NCBI GenBank assembly: GCA_034780895.1
Contig: JAUZTB010000076.1
Location: 48,999,036 to 49,063,035 of the forward strand
Source: Rhynchobatus australiae
Lineage: Eukaryota
DNA: 64,000 bases
Reading direction: 5' to 3'
A program made the translations under genes and the position numbers. The notes below the pieces were generated by a model. The model was not told where the DNA came from. It did not search any database and worked only from the letters and a program-made list of their open reading frames with translations. Shown piece by piece: positions 47,857 to 60,730 of the stretch (positions are counted from its first letter, which is position 1; the number at the start of each line of letters is the position of its first letter).

Positions 47857-49899
47857 AAAAGAGAGACAAATCATTATTCACAAAGGACGAAAATTATACA
47901 AGGGTTTGAATACCAGGTTCATGGTTGAGCAATTGGTTGTGCTCAATGTGTCCACTAACCACTTATATTTTCAGTGCTTGGTACCTAAAAATGTCTTGAT
48001 GTAATCCTGGAACAGAATATGACATTGTGACATCAGAATCTCCCACATCACGACTTCATAACTACGTACAAGTATCTAGCCGAACTAGGAAGACTGGATG
48101 ACTGATTGCAGGAATACACGATACTGCACATCCTTACCATGGTATGATTCTGATTTTTTTTTTCTAATACTTTTGTTCAGTGTGAACACTCTATTGGATG
48201 CTTTCCTTTATAGTCTCCAGATGTAGAGATGCTGATACATTGATTGTGTGAATTCATAATTTTATATGAGAGAATCTTACAAAGTATTAAGTCCTATGCC
48301 CCAACTCTCAGGTGGACTGTACCTGTAGGGCCTCTGAATGTCTGATGAATTTGTCCTCTGCAAGACCTTATAAAGTGGCAGAGGAAAGGGACCTAGGCCA
48401 CCCTGATGTGGGTTGTAGCTTTGAAGTGAAGTATTGACTAAGTACAGCATCTCCAAGCCACATTCTTTCCAAAGTAGCAGATCCTAAGGTATGTTGGATG
48501 ATTATTACTTTAGCATGGCTGTACATTTAAATTTATCATAGATTATTGGGTGAGTTTTCTTGCAAAGTAGAGTCTTGCCATCACTTTAGAGATTTGAATA
48601 CTACATCAGAATTTGACCAGGCAAACTGGTCTAACACTCCAATGTGNNNNNNNNNNNNNNNNNNNNNNNNNNNNNNNNNNNNNNNNNNNNNNNNNNNNNN
48701 NNNNNNNNNNNNNNNNNNNNNNNNNNNNNNNNNNNNNNNNNNNNNNCAAAGGAAATAGAGATTGGACAGGGAAGTAAGTAAAACCAGCTGATCAGTTCTG
48801 ATCTTATTGAACAACATAACAAACTTGAAGGGACAGAACAGCCTCGTCCCTCAATTTTGCTTCCTTTATCTTTTATCCTTGAATCAAAACTCAAGAAGAT
48901 GTACTTGTCTTATCCATTCTGCACAGAAATTGAGCACAATACTCAGAATGTTTTGAAAACCAACATGCCATGCCAATTGCTTATCACATGCTTATAGTGC
49001 ACCTCCTTGAACAATGTTGCAGTAGGAAATGGAGACTGACCAATTGATATCCTTGCCAAAAGATTAACTTCCTTAAGGAATTGCATTGTTAACCACATCA
49101 ATAAAGATATTTCCAACTTTACAATCATAATTAGATTTCTAAAATATTTCATGTACATAGAGGCATGCGCTTTGATTGTAAAAGACACCATAAAAGTGCA
49201 AGCTCTTGCTTTACTGGGCCCATTTTCTATCTACTAACCAATCTGTACCCTGAAAAACAGCACAATGGATCGAGGAAAATGTTTGGGGAAAAATAAATCT
49301 GACCATTGGAGAAATGGTANNNNNNNNNNNNNNNNNNNNNNNNNNNNNNNNNNNNNNNNNNNNNNNNNNNNNNNNNNNNNNNNNNNNNNNNNNNNNNNNN
49401 NNNNNNNNNNNNNNNNNNNAATGATTGAAACAAAAATAAATCTGACCATTGCCCAAAGTTTATTAGACTCAACATTCCAACAGCTTGGGTTTCCACCCAG
49501 ACAAATGTTTTTGAATCAGGGTCCTGTCCCACCTAAGGACCCTGATGCATCAGTGTCATGTAAAATCTAAACTTTCACAATCTCAGAGGACCTCAAATAA
49601 CTGAAAGCCAATGAAATAATGGAAGAAGAGTCCATAAAAATATAATTATACTACAAAAATGAAATTTTCTTGTTAAATTTTTATTGGATCTCATGGTTTC
49701 ACAGTCTCCATCTTCCACTCGGATTTGCCTCTTCCCCATTTAAATACTCCCTCACTGGTTGGCCTCACAACAGATTCACTGAGATTCCTATCTCTGCGGT
49801 GGAAGAACACATTTCTTTTGCTTATTGAGCACGGGTACCTACCCAATTCCATTCAAGTGAGGATAAAGTTCAAAAAACTTTGACACCTCTCATACCAGC

Positions 49900-50225
49900 T
49901 CGTAAATCTGCCACCTGATATCCCCAGTGAACCAGGTTCAATGCTGACCTCTGGCACTGCCCACATGGAGTTTTCACGTTCTCCCTATGGGTCTCTTCTG
50001 GGTGCTCTGGTTTTCTCCCACATCCCAAACACATGCGAAGTGGCAGATTAATTAACCAGTATAAATTGCCCCTAGAGTGCCAATGAGTGCTAGAATCTGG
50101 GGATGGTTGAAAGGAATGCAAGGAGAATGAAATGTGATTAGTGTAGGATTAGTGCAAACGGGTGTTTGATTGTCAACATGGACGGTAGGCTGGAGGGCCT
50201 GTTTCATCCAGTATGATTCTGATTC
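49900..50225 (+). mobile_element. V-SINE
   Basis: ggagttttcacgttctccctatgggtctcttctgggtgctctggttttctcccacatccc...aaattgccccta. Confidence 0.8.
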
Positions 50226-51679
50226 CCATATCCCACTAGGCAGATGGTGCACTCACTCTTTCCACCCCACAGCATCACCAAACTTCAACTCCTTCTCCTC
50301 CCCTAATCTGTTTTGACTGAAATTCGCCACAACTTAAATTAGAGTCAGCGGTATTACAGTTGTGATAGTGAAGAGCTGATTAGCTGGCTCGAAGATTGTG
50401 GCTTCCACATCTAATCAAGAACTAAAATCAAGATGTTGCTGATGGAATAATTTAAGCTTAAACGGTAGGATTACCAGATCCAGCTGCTGCAGGACACAGA
50501 GTGCCTGTGCGCTAAAACAAAAATTTCACCAGAAATCAAATGTGCACTATTAGAGAAGCAGATGTTGAAAATTAGAATGGCCAAAGTTATGGTCTGCCTT
50601 TATAGACTAATGCATACATCATCAATGAACACTTCCAAGCTCAATGTCCTTCACTAATTTTCATACTCGCAGGAAGTATCAATAAATTTCCACCCATGTT
50701 GAGTCTGCCATTGTTGTTCTTTTGAAGGTGCAAATGATTACCAGTGGTTAACCACTGCCTTAAAATGGAAAAACAAAGTAATTGTTTCCAAGATGATTAA
50801 TTATTGAAAGCGCAACTGAAACCACTGCAGGCATCAATGAAAGATTGCAAATAGTGATCTGAAATGCTTTCTTGCATATTACAGTCAACTACGTTGTGAA
50901 GAACTTGCCAACAACCATGGATCGTTGACGACTTGTGCAACTTATCCATAAAGATACATTATTTGCTGCTTCCCTTTCATTTTGTGCCCTGACTCCCCAG
51001 TGCTGACATAAACTGTTGCACTCTTCCTCTGCCAAGAAGGCTAGATTGTCCAAGCCACAACCTGATGCTGACACAGTCAAATGCCTTTCAATGATAAACC
51101 AGTAAGAATCCCACTTTCACCAAGTAATTTATTCTTCCCAGAATATTCTGTCACTATCAGAAACTGCACCTCCAGACCAATCAGCCCTTGTACAAATATT
51201 TAATGAAGGTTGAAATTGGCAGTTTGCTTCATTGGAGTCATATTTTCCTGCAAAGATCTTAATAATAAAATAGCATGGCATATGTGACTTACGAGTAAAA
51301 GGGATTGGCTTTCCTTTACGAAAATGTGGTTGAAATATTGCCAAGGCCATCATTTACTACCTTGGACAGGAGCTTTCATGATGGAAGCTTCCAACTTTGC
51401 TTTGCGTTCCCAAGACCAAAAGGAAAATAAAAACAAACAAGGTGAACCTCAAAGGCAGTGTGGTCTTGGAATCTCTGTAAGGAAGACTGTTTGTGAGCTT
51501 TGAGAACAAAAAAGATACTTTTTATTTAAAAGCTTTACTCCTGTTCCAAACTTCTGAAATGATGCACACTTTAAAATCATCTAAACATGATGGGAAATGA
51601 ATGTTTAAGAACATTTGATAAAATAAAACAGCAGTTCATGCTAAAGGTTTACCCAGGACAATTTTTCTTCATTTTTCAG

Positions 51680-53380
51680 ACATCACTGACAAGGTCAGAA
51701 TTTATGGCCCATCCATAAATGCCCTTCAGAAGATGACGATGAGTCACCTTGAACCACCCTGGTCCTTCTGGTGAAGGTGTTCCCACAGGAGTGCTGGGGA
51801 TTAGCTCCAGCAACGACAAAGGAATGAGAGTATACTTCCAAGACAGAACTGTGACTTGGACGGGAACATGCTGATGGTGGTGTTGAATGGTAGAGGTCAT
51901 GGGGTTTGGGAGCTGCTGTCAGAGAAGCCTAGGTGAGTAACTGCAGACCATTATGTGGACGATGCACACTGCAGCCACCGTGGAGAATGAATGTTCAGGA
52001 TGGTTGATGGGACAAGTGGAGAGTGTTCCACCCCACACTTGGCTTGTGCTTCATACATCACCTGCAGGCTTTGGGGTGACAAGCAATGGGTAACCTGTGC
52101 AGGATTCCTGTAGTCACAGTATTTATATGGTTGATTTGTTTGAGAATTTTGATCAATAGTGACCCACCCAGGAAGTCAAAGGTGGGGAATTGATGATGGT
52201 AATGCCATTGAATGTCCAGTGCAGGTGGTTAGGCATTTTCTTGTTGGAAATGCTTGTTACCTGGCATCCTTATGTTGCTAATGTTCTTTGTCATTTAGCA
52301 GCCCATGTCTAAACATTGTCTTTGTCTTGCTGCATCAATTCCATTTGTAAATGCTCAGTGTGAAGGATGGAATTGGCAGATGGCTGCATCAAGTCACTGA
52401 AGTCACATTATCCTGCAAGGATCTTAATGCTTATAAGTCACATGCGCTGTGCTAATTTGTTATTAAGATCTTTGCAGAACGACTTGATGTAGCCATCTGT
52501 CAATTCCAACCTTCATGCTGAGGAGGTACAAATGGAATTGAACGTAGTGCAGTCATCAGTGAATATCCCCACATATAATCATGTGCTGGAAGGAAGGTCA
52601 TTGATGAAGCAGTTTAGGATGGTTGAATCCAGGTTACTGCCCTGAAAGACTTATGCTGTGATGTCCTGTGGTGGGATGATTTATCTCCAACAACTACAGC
52701 CATCTTCCTTTGTCTGAGTTATAACTACAGCTATAGGAGTGATTGCCCCTTGATGTCCACTGACTTCAATTTTACCAGGATTCCTTGATATCGCACTCAT
52801 TCAAATGCAGCATCAATACATCCACGTTTCAAGACTAAGTGATGAGGTCTTGTGCTGACAAGATCCAAACAGGGCATCAATTAAACAGATTGTTGGTGAG
52901 TAAGTTTTGCTTAATAGCTCTATCAATGACTTTCCATCATTTTGCTGGTGTTTGACACAAAAGTGATTGTGTGGTAATTAAGTGGAATGGAGATTTTTTT
53001 GGACAAGAATCCCTGACCATACATTTCCCATTAACTGTTTATAAGTCCAGCGCCATTTATGACTAGATGTGATGGGACTGCAGAACTTTGGTCTGAGTGA
53101 TTGGTTGTGAGATCACTTCGTTCTATCTATAGTATGTGATTTATGTATAGATCTACACCAGCTTGCATATGATTTTTAGGTATGCTGTTGCTGCTCTCAG
53201 AGCCCTTCTGCATGCTTCATTGAACCCCTGGCTTCATAGTAAAAGTAGAGTGAGGGATGTATTGGGCCATGAGCTTACAGATTTCTGCAGCAGCTGATGG
53301 CTCATGGGTGCCTGTTTATGAGATGCCAGATCTGTTCTGATTTTATCTCATTTGGGATTATTATAGTGTCACAAAACACA
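51680..53380 (-). mobile_element. Old L2/CR1-clade LINE remnant containing an internal palindrome
   Basis: Colinear with 25200-26440 (gtcattgatgaagcag, cccttgatgtccactgacttca, caaatggaattgaac). Confidence 0.7.
52335..52541. repeat. ~207-bp inverted repeat/hairpin
   Basis: tcaattccatttgta..ctcagtgtgaaggatggaattggcagatggctgcatcaagtc..ctgcaaggatcttaat versus attaagatctttgcag..gacttgatgtagccatctgtcaattccaaccttcatgctgag..tacaaatggaattga. Confidence 0.9.
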
Positions 53381-56300
53381 ATGAATTTTATCAAGGCAAG
53401 TTAAAAATAAATCATGAGCAAAATGCAAGATCCGCACTTCCAATTATTCAGTTACTTCTTTGTAAACAAATAAGAATAGAGTAGTTTGTAAATTGATTGA
53501 AATGGAATTCTGTTTTTAGCCGCAATAAACTACCATGGGCTCGCATTTATACAAAAGTCCCCGAGGAAGCAACTTATAAATTTTGGCAAGATTTCTACTG
53601 GCATTGCAGATGTCATAGAGAATATTTAAAAAAAAAAGCAGAACCTGGAAATCTGAAAATAAAATGCTGGAAATGCTCAGTCAGGCAGTGTCCGTGGAGA
53701 GAGAAATGCTGAAATTACTTTTTGCTCACTTTGCTGCTATTTGTGAGAGCTGCCCGGACACAGATTGATTGCCACATTCCCTATGATACACTGGTTATTG
53801 TGCTGCAAAAGTCCTAAACTAGCTGTAAAGTGTTCTGGGGCTTGCCAAAGTTATAAAAGGCATTGTCTGAACACAAGTCTTTCTTACGTTATTCTCAAGG
53901 TGCTTGCAGACCTTTCCGCTGCAAATCACAGCATGGAGCTATTGAATCCAAAATGGCTCCACCTGCAACTGTCAGAGGTCCATAGTACTCTGTGTCACAG
54001 CACCTCTTATATCCAACACTGGGAGCAAACACCAACTATCCCAGCTTTCACTGAAGGTCAGATAAGCACAAGATCAGTCATATGACAATCTGCAAAGTGC
54101 TGTGGAAAAATAGCAGGCAGTTTTGAGGCCAGTGAAACTAAGGTGCCATCTTCATTTGTCTTACATGCTCTTAGCAGGCAAGAAACAACATTGGTTTTCA
54201 TACTGGTGAAGTAAGGTAATGATCTAGAATAAGTGGGAGTAGGATTAGTGCAAATCAGCAAGAGTGCTCAATACAGATGAGTGGTTAATTGCTTTGGATG
54301 TTAAAGTTGAACTCCAAACAGGCAGTAAGTGTGGACTATTTCAGATATTAGTATTAACTATTTTAGCTGCACTTCACCTGGTATTTCTGGGCTTGAGAGT
54401 CATAGTGATTTTATGAAAGCAAGCCCCACATCATTCATTATACTACATCCGACCCCGGCCCTTCCAGAACTTTCATCCTTTGCACTCTACTTCTCCACAA
54501 TTTCCCCACATTACTTTAACACTTCCTTCTCAGGAGATATTTGCAGTTCAGTCCTATGAATTCTGTCTGAGTGGCTACTTATGGTTAAAACATTTACAGT
54601 CTACCAGCTGGAAAAAAACCTTCCTAGCTCACTGCTTTCAGCAACTTGCTCTAAACTCAAGTTTACCCACTGCATTACTAAGTTACTGATCAGTGGAAAT
54701 AGTCCACCATGTTCAGTAGTTCAGATCCTTTTATCGTCTTGATCACTTTGAGCAACTGACCTTCACTATTGTCCTCTAATGTTCCCATGTCTCTCTCATA
54801 ATATTTAAGTAGTTTGCCAATATTAAATCCATTACAGTGTGTGAATTTTGTGTATAAAGCAGCTGGAGATGTTCCTTGAAGCCACACTGAAACTAAACAT
54901 GAATGGAAATCTTTCCTTTTATTCAAATGTCCAAAATCTACACAGTCCAGCAGGCCCAAAATCCACATGGAACTTCGGCTTCACCGATGTCCTGTACCAA
55001 TCCCGCAATGCCTCCACTGCCCTTGTATTAAATGCCTCATGTAAAACCCTGAATCCTTTTGTTCTTTTATGTCTGCTATTGTATATTTAAAGATCATAAG
55101 GAAAAATTACTTTCCTTCACCAATTAGATGATGAAACTGGCAGAACAAACAGCCTAACATATTTTTGCTTCCATTAATATCACTGGGAGTTTTAATGAAT
55201 TACAAGTGATTTTTTTTTTAAACAAAGTGAGATTCCCTTTGCTTGCATCTCATTAAATGCTCAGTTATGCTATACCCACATCTACTCTTGAATAAATTTC
55301 CTACAGCAGATGGTCTAAATTTCCATGGTTTTTGCCTTTCCTTGCTATCTTCAAGTCAATGCCTCAAATCATATTTACCCTTCAATGGGTAGGATTATGT
55401 TTAACCTCCATTTCCAGAGTGGTCATTCCCCTACATTTTCTGAGGTTGAATGCACACTGTATTTTCCAGGGTGACAATTTCTCTGCAATTCCATGGGTGA
55501 CAATTACCCTCCATTTAAAAAAATCTCTCTCCTCAGCCAAATTATTGGTCAATAGTAATAGTGTGGCTGCAGTGACATTTTCCATTGTTGTCTTTGGTCA
55601 ATCATCAAGTAGAAACAATGATTTATGCTTTCTGTTAAATGACATCAAAGTAATCCCATGAACATTCACTTTGTGTTTGATTGACAGGTGCCCTGAGCCA
55701 AATGTATCAGGTTGTGGTTGATTTTCAATGGCCAATAAAAGTCCTAAATCTTGTTCATTACTATCCAGGAGAAAACAGCCTACTTGGGTGAAACCTGATC
55801 TTCTATATTCACAATTCCCTCACTAGCGATGAACCATGGCTATTATGTTTATCATCTACAAGATGCACGGCAACTTCATCAACATTAAATCCCTGAGTGT
55901 ATCCGTGTGTCTGTAAGAACTGTGTGAACTATGTGGTTTGACCTGTTGTATCCAAACATTACTGTTTAGTGGAGAGCTATTGCCTTTTAAGTAATAGTTT
56001 TGTTGATGGTCTTTCATCTTAGCAACCTGCAAAACTAAAGAGTTTACAGAAAGTCCCCGAGAAAGAAACTTCCAGCAAATATGATGGTTCCCATTGGCCT
56101 CAGACACATGGGGGCAAGACCATGGAACAGTCCTGCTGGGATACCATTCCTGTGGTAGAATCAAACAATAAGAATATGGGATTGAGAACGTTGAACTGCC
56201 CCTACTGCATATAACTGGGGATGTTAAGAACCATACAGCTAAGGGCAACTTATTGATTGAGGAAGGAACTTTTAGAAGGTACATTAAGACTTCAGCAAGA

Positions 56301-58414
56301 CAGGAAGTATATCTAAATTAGCTCACTCATTTTGCATTGACACAGAGCCAAATGGTGTTAGGCACAAATGCAGGAGGGAACTTCCAAGCTATATTGGGAA
56401 GGGAACTGTTTGCTGGCCAGTGGAGACAGAGGGGCCAAGTAGTCTGTCGTGATTACGGACATGGATTGAAACATTCGGATTAGGAGACTGTGGTTTGAAA
56501 GGATCACACTACTGAGATCCAGAAGCCATTCACATTTCAGGGTTCACTGTCCTTGCCCAAAAAGACACAGGCCAAGAGGGCCTGCAGTGGAGACCATCAG
56601 ATTGAAAGGCAAGCCTGCAAAGTGAGATACAAGCAAACCAAAGGATCAGACCAGGTGATGTGTCCCAGAAAGAAAAGATGTCCCAAGTCCAGGGCCAATG
56701 AAAGGCAATCCTTCCTGGCTTGACTTGGTACAACAGGACTACTCACAAACCCTCAATGGGAACCACTTCAGAGAAAGAGCGTGCAACCTGTCTAAGCAGC
56801 ACAAAAGCCAGTTCATAGGAGTTTCAGAACAATAGCTGGAGCATTACTAGTACACAAAACAAGGAGAGAGGCAAATGGTTCAACACGAGGTGATACGAGT
56901 TGAATTTGGCACAAACAATACTGGTGGAGAAAATAGGACTGCACAAATTCTGATGAATAGTTCAAGTGTCCAAATGACTTTGGTTGTTTAACGAATTGCT
57001 GAGTTGCCTGAATCAAATGCAGAATGAGTTGAATGCTTGCAGAGAGAATCGCATTGCAATATGGCAGAACTTCAAAGGCTCCAAACGTCCCTAGTTGGAC
57101 TCACAAATGCCAGCCCAACACAGCGTGTAATAAAACAGACTGAAAACATGGGTGATATTACTTTGTATGAACACCATTGTTTCTGTGCCATTGGTGTGNN
57201 NNNNNNNNNNNNNNNNNNNNNNNNNNNNNNNNNNNNNNNNNNNNNNNNNNNNNNNNNNNNNNNNNNNNNNNNNNNNNNNNNNNNNNNNNNNNNNNNNNCA
57301 ACCAGGGTAGAGTTAAAAGTTTTGGAGATAATCCAGAAAGGGAGAGTCAGAGGATAGGACCTTGTGATTTAAAAAGATAAAGCAGGAAAGAGGGAAGATC
57401 TACTGTCTACAAGGAGTCAGAGTGCAAGTCAGAAAGCAAGATGGTATGAAGGCAGAGTCATGGAGAGCCTTAAGAAGCAACCAAAGTAGAAACTAAGTTG
57501 AATGAGTTCATAGAAATTGGTAATGGACCAAATACAATGCTTAACTGTAATTGCTCCAGTGGTTAATTAGAGTTATTTGCCTTGTGTTAAGCTTTCATAA
57601 GAACCCTTCGATGTACGCAGGTGACATCTTGAAAATGGTTGTCAAGAACATGTAATCCAATACGTTAATAATCATGAAGACCATTGTGTGAAAGTAACAA
57701 TTTCACAACTGTTGGTGGAACCTGGTAAATATAAAGCCTATCTGGGGAAGTGAGCTTGTGGAATTATCAGTGCCCTGGAGGGCAGACTTCTGGAGATATC
57801 AAGTGCAGTTTGCAGTGAAAAGTTCATTCAACTAAACACCAGGCAAATGAGTGAATGTATTGTTTATAACTATACTTTAATGTAAATAGTTGATGTCTTG
57901 TTAGGATTTATTACTTGTTTTTGAGGAAGAAATGCAGAGTACCTTTAAGAACAGAGTGCAACATATGTTATGACTTCTGATGCATTGTTGTAACAGACTG
58001 CTGTTAATTAAGAGTTTTTGCCTCCAATAAAAGAGTCTTTTAACTGTTCTACCTGTTATTTGGCTTTGCAAGCAGCAACACCAAAAAGCCTCCAGACACC
58101 ACATTTCCTATGACATCAACAACCAAAAGAGGCAGCAGGCTTATAAAAAGTCCACCATCTCCAATTTCCCCACCAGGTTGCACATTGTTCAAAATGAAAA
58201 TGTATGACCATTCCTCCATCATCATTAGATCTGGAAGTACCTTTGCCAAGCTAACTGCAACGACTCTGGAAGATTTCTCACCTTCTCATTGCAGTTAGTG
58301 ATGAAAAATAATGCTTATTTTTTTATTTTCATCCTATGTATAAAACAAATTCTAGTTAAATTTTATCCCAAAAAGAAATAATCCCATGTATTTTCGAAGC
58401 ACCTTCTGTTGTCC

Positions 58415-58765
58415 CAGCTCACGAGGTACTTTTAAACTATAGCCCCATGGTAATGTTAGAAATGCAGCAGCCATTTTGCACAGAGCAAGTTCCCACAAAC
58501 AGCAAATGGTCATCACCAAACTTTCTTTTTGTGATGTTGATGAAGGGATACCAGGGACAGTTATTCTATCTTCAAAATCCTGAAATAGGATCTATCATGC
58601 CCACATGAGGAGGCAAACATGGACTCGGTTTAACATCTCTATCAAAAGCCCACACCCTTAGCAGTGCAGCACTTCCTGAAACACCAGCCTAGATTTCAGA
58701 TACTCAAATCTCTGGATTGAGGATTAGACAATCTTCTGGTGCAGAAAGGATAATCTTACTAAGGA
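58415..58765 (-). mobile_element. DeuSINE-like element
   Basis: gaaatgcagcagccattttgcacagagcaagttcccacaaacagcaa...ctcggtttaacatctc...cagtgcagcac. Confidence 0.75.
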
Positions 58766-60391
58766 AACCACAAGAAGACACCATAAAATGAATGGATGTT
58801 GGACATCCGAGTCAGATATTTATGGGTGTTATTTTGTCTTTTTTTCCATTCTAGATTTTTTTTGAGATTCAGCTTTTCAGATCCCCGTCACAAATGAGCT
58901 CTGACTTTACAAATCCCAAAGGGTTTGTACAGTTGATTATTTTTGTTCTAGGTCTGGGAAACCCATTTTGTTTTGGGTATCCAATAGAAACCCATTTTGT
59001 TTTGTTTCAACTTGCCAGCTTTATCATGTCATCTTATCAAGAGTAGCAGATTAACACTATACTCGGCTGCATCTCATATTTTTAAATGGATAAGGGAACA
59101 AATTCACCATCAGACGATATCTCTTAATCTTAATTAGTTCCTTAGATCAATAGAAACTGTTGTGAATACAATATTCTAATAACATTCATGTGATGTCTTT
59201 ACTAATGGATAACAGCCACAGTATTTCACAGGAGCATTATCAAAAGTCAAATACCAAGCCTCATAACAAGATGGAAACAAAAAAAAAATCTGGAAATACT
59301 CAGTAGGTCAGAAGGAAATGTTCAAACAAAGGACAAGAGATGGACTTTACTTAATATTCTCACTATCCACAGAGATTCGCAGGCCTGAGTAAATAGAAAC
59401 ACAGACACAAGAGTAGTCCATTTGAACCTTGGGTCTGTTCTACTATTCCATGTGATCTTATCAGAGACCTACTCCATTCATCAGTCTTAATACCGTTGAT
59501 TAACAAAATCCATCAATCTTGAAAATAAACCATTGCTTTAACATTAATTATCATTTGTGGAAGGATGCTCTAAAGATCTACCAACATTGCATAAAGAAAG
59601 CTTCACTCCTGAAAAACCTGATCCTAATTTGTATGTTCTGCCATTGTATCTTTGGCTCCTCAATAAATGGAAACCGTTTCTCCCTATTTTTCCATTTTCG
59701 TTCAAATCAACCCCTAACGTTCTAAGTTCTAGTAATGTTTGAAAGGCTCAAACCACATTTACTATTTTAATAAATCTCTCATAAGACATTTTTAATAAAT
59801 CTCTCATAAATTCCTAGAGAACAGTCAAATAGAAACTTCATAGGAAACATCCATAGCTCCTAACACAAGGGCCTGACCTTGGCAAGTAATTGGTAGCACG
59901 TGTTTTAAGGCAACGTTCCTGTCATTTATTGTAGGACNNNNNNNNNNNNNNNNNNNNNNNNNNNNNNNNNNNNNNNNNNNNNNNNNNNNNNNNNNNNNNN
60001 NNNNNNNNNNNNNNNNNNNNNNNNNNNNNNNNNNNNNTGTAGGACCTTGGATTATCGGAGCTTCATAATCCATAGAATGTCAGTGGGCTTCTCCAGTATC
60101 CATAACAGATTACATCCATCAACAAGTTAACCAATCACTCCATGGATTACTGTCCGAGATCTTGCAATTGAAGTTTTGCTCCATTTGCCTACAAAACAGC
60201 GGTGACAATTCTGCAGCACTTTTAAGCCCTCATAAGACTCTAGCAAAATATATTTAGCTAGAATTAGAACATCATGAAACTCAGTGCTCGTATTATCAGT
60301 TTTCTTTCTTTGACAGTAATTCCCACCACTCCAAACCAACCCAACGGGCCAAGGCTGATTCTTGGGAAACATTTGTTACGACATTTATAAC

Positions 60392-60730
60392 AGGGTGGCA
60401 CAGTGGTGTAGCAGGTGGTACTGCTGCTGCACAGTGCCAGAGACCAAAGTTCAATGGATGCGTTACGTGTGGAGTTCGCAAATCCCTCCTGTGACCACAC
60501 AGGTTTCCCTGAGTGCTCCAGTTTCTTCTCACATTCCAAAAAAATGCTGATTGGTCGGCGAACTAGCGACTGTAAATTACCCCAAGTGCAGGTGGGTGGC
60601 AGAGGATTCAAGAGTGAGCTGATGGACATGTGGGAGGGAATAGGTTATGGGGAACTAAGCGGAGGAATGGGATGGATGGAAATGGTCTGAGAGCTGGCAT
60701 AGACGAAAAAGGGCTGAATGATTCTCTGCT
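60392..60730 (+). mobile_element. V-SINE
   Basis: gggtggcacagtggtgtagc...gtggagttcgca...gtgctccagtttcttctcacattcc...gtaaattaccc. Confidence 0.85.

Noticed and set aside
54576-54596. YLWLKHL resembling the CD45 signal peptide MYLWLKLL
   Set aside because: It is on the plus strand, opposite to the mucin gene, with no hydrophobic continuation or donor; treated as coincidence.
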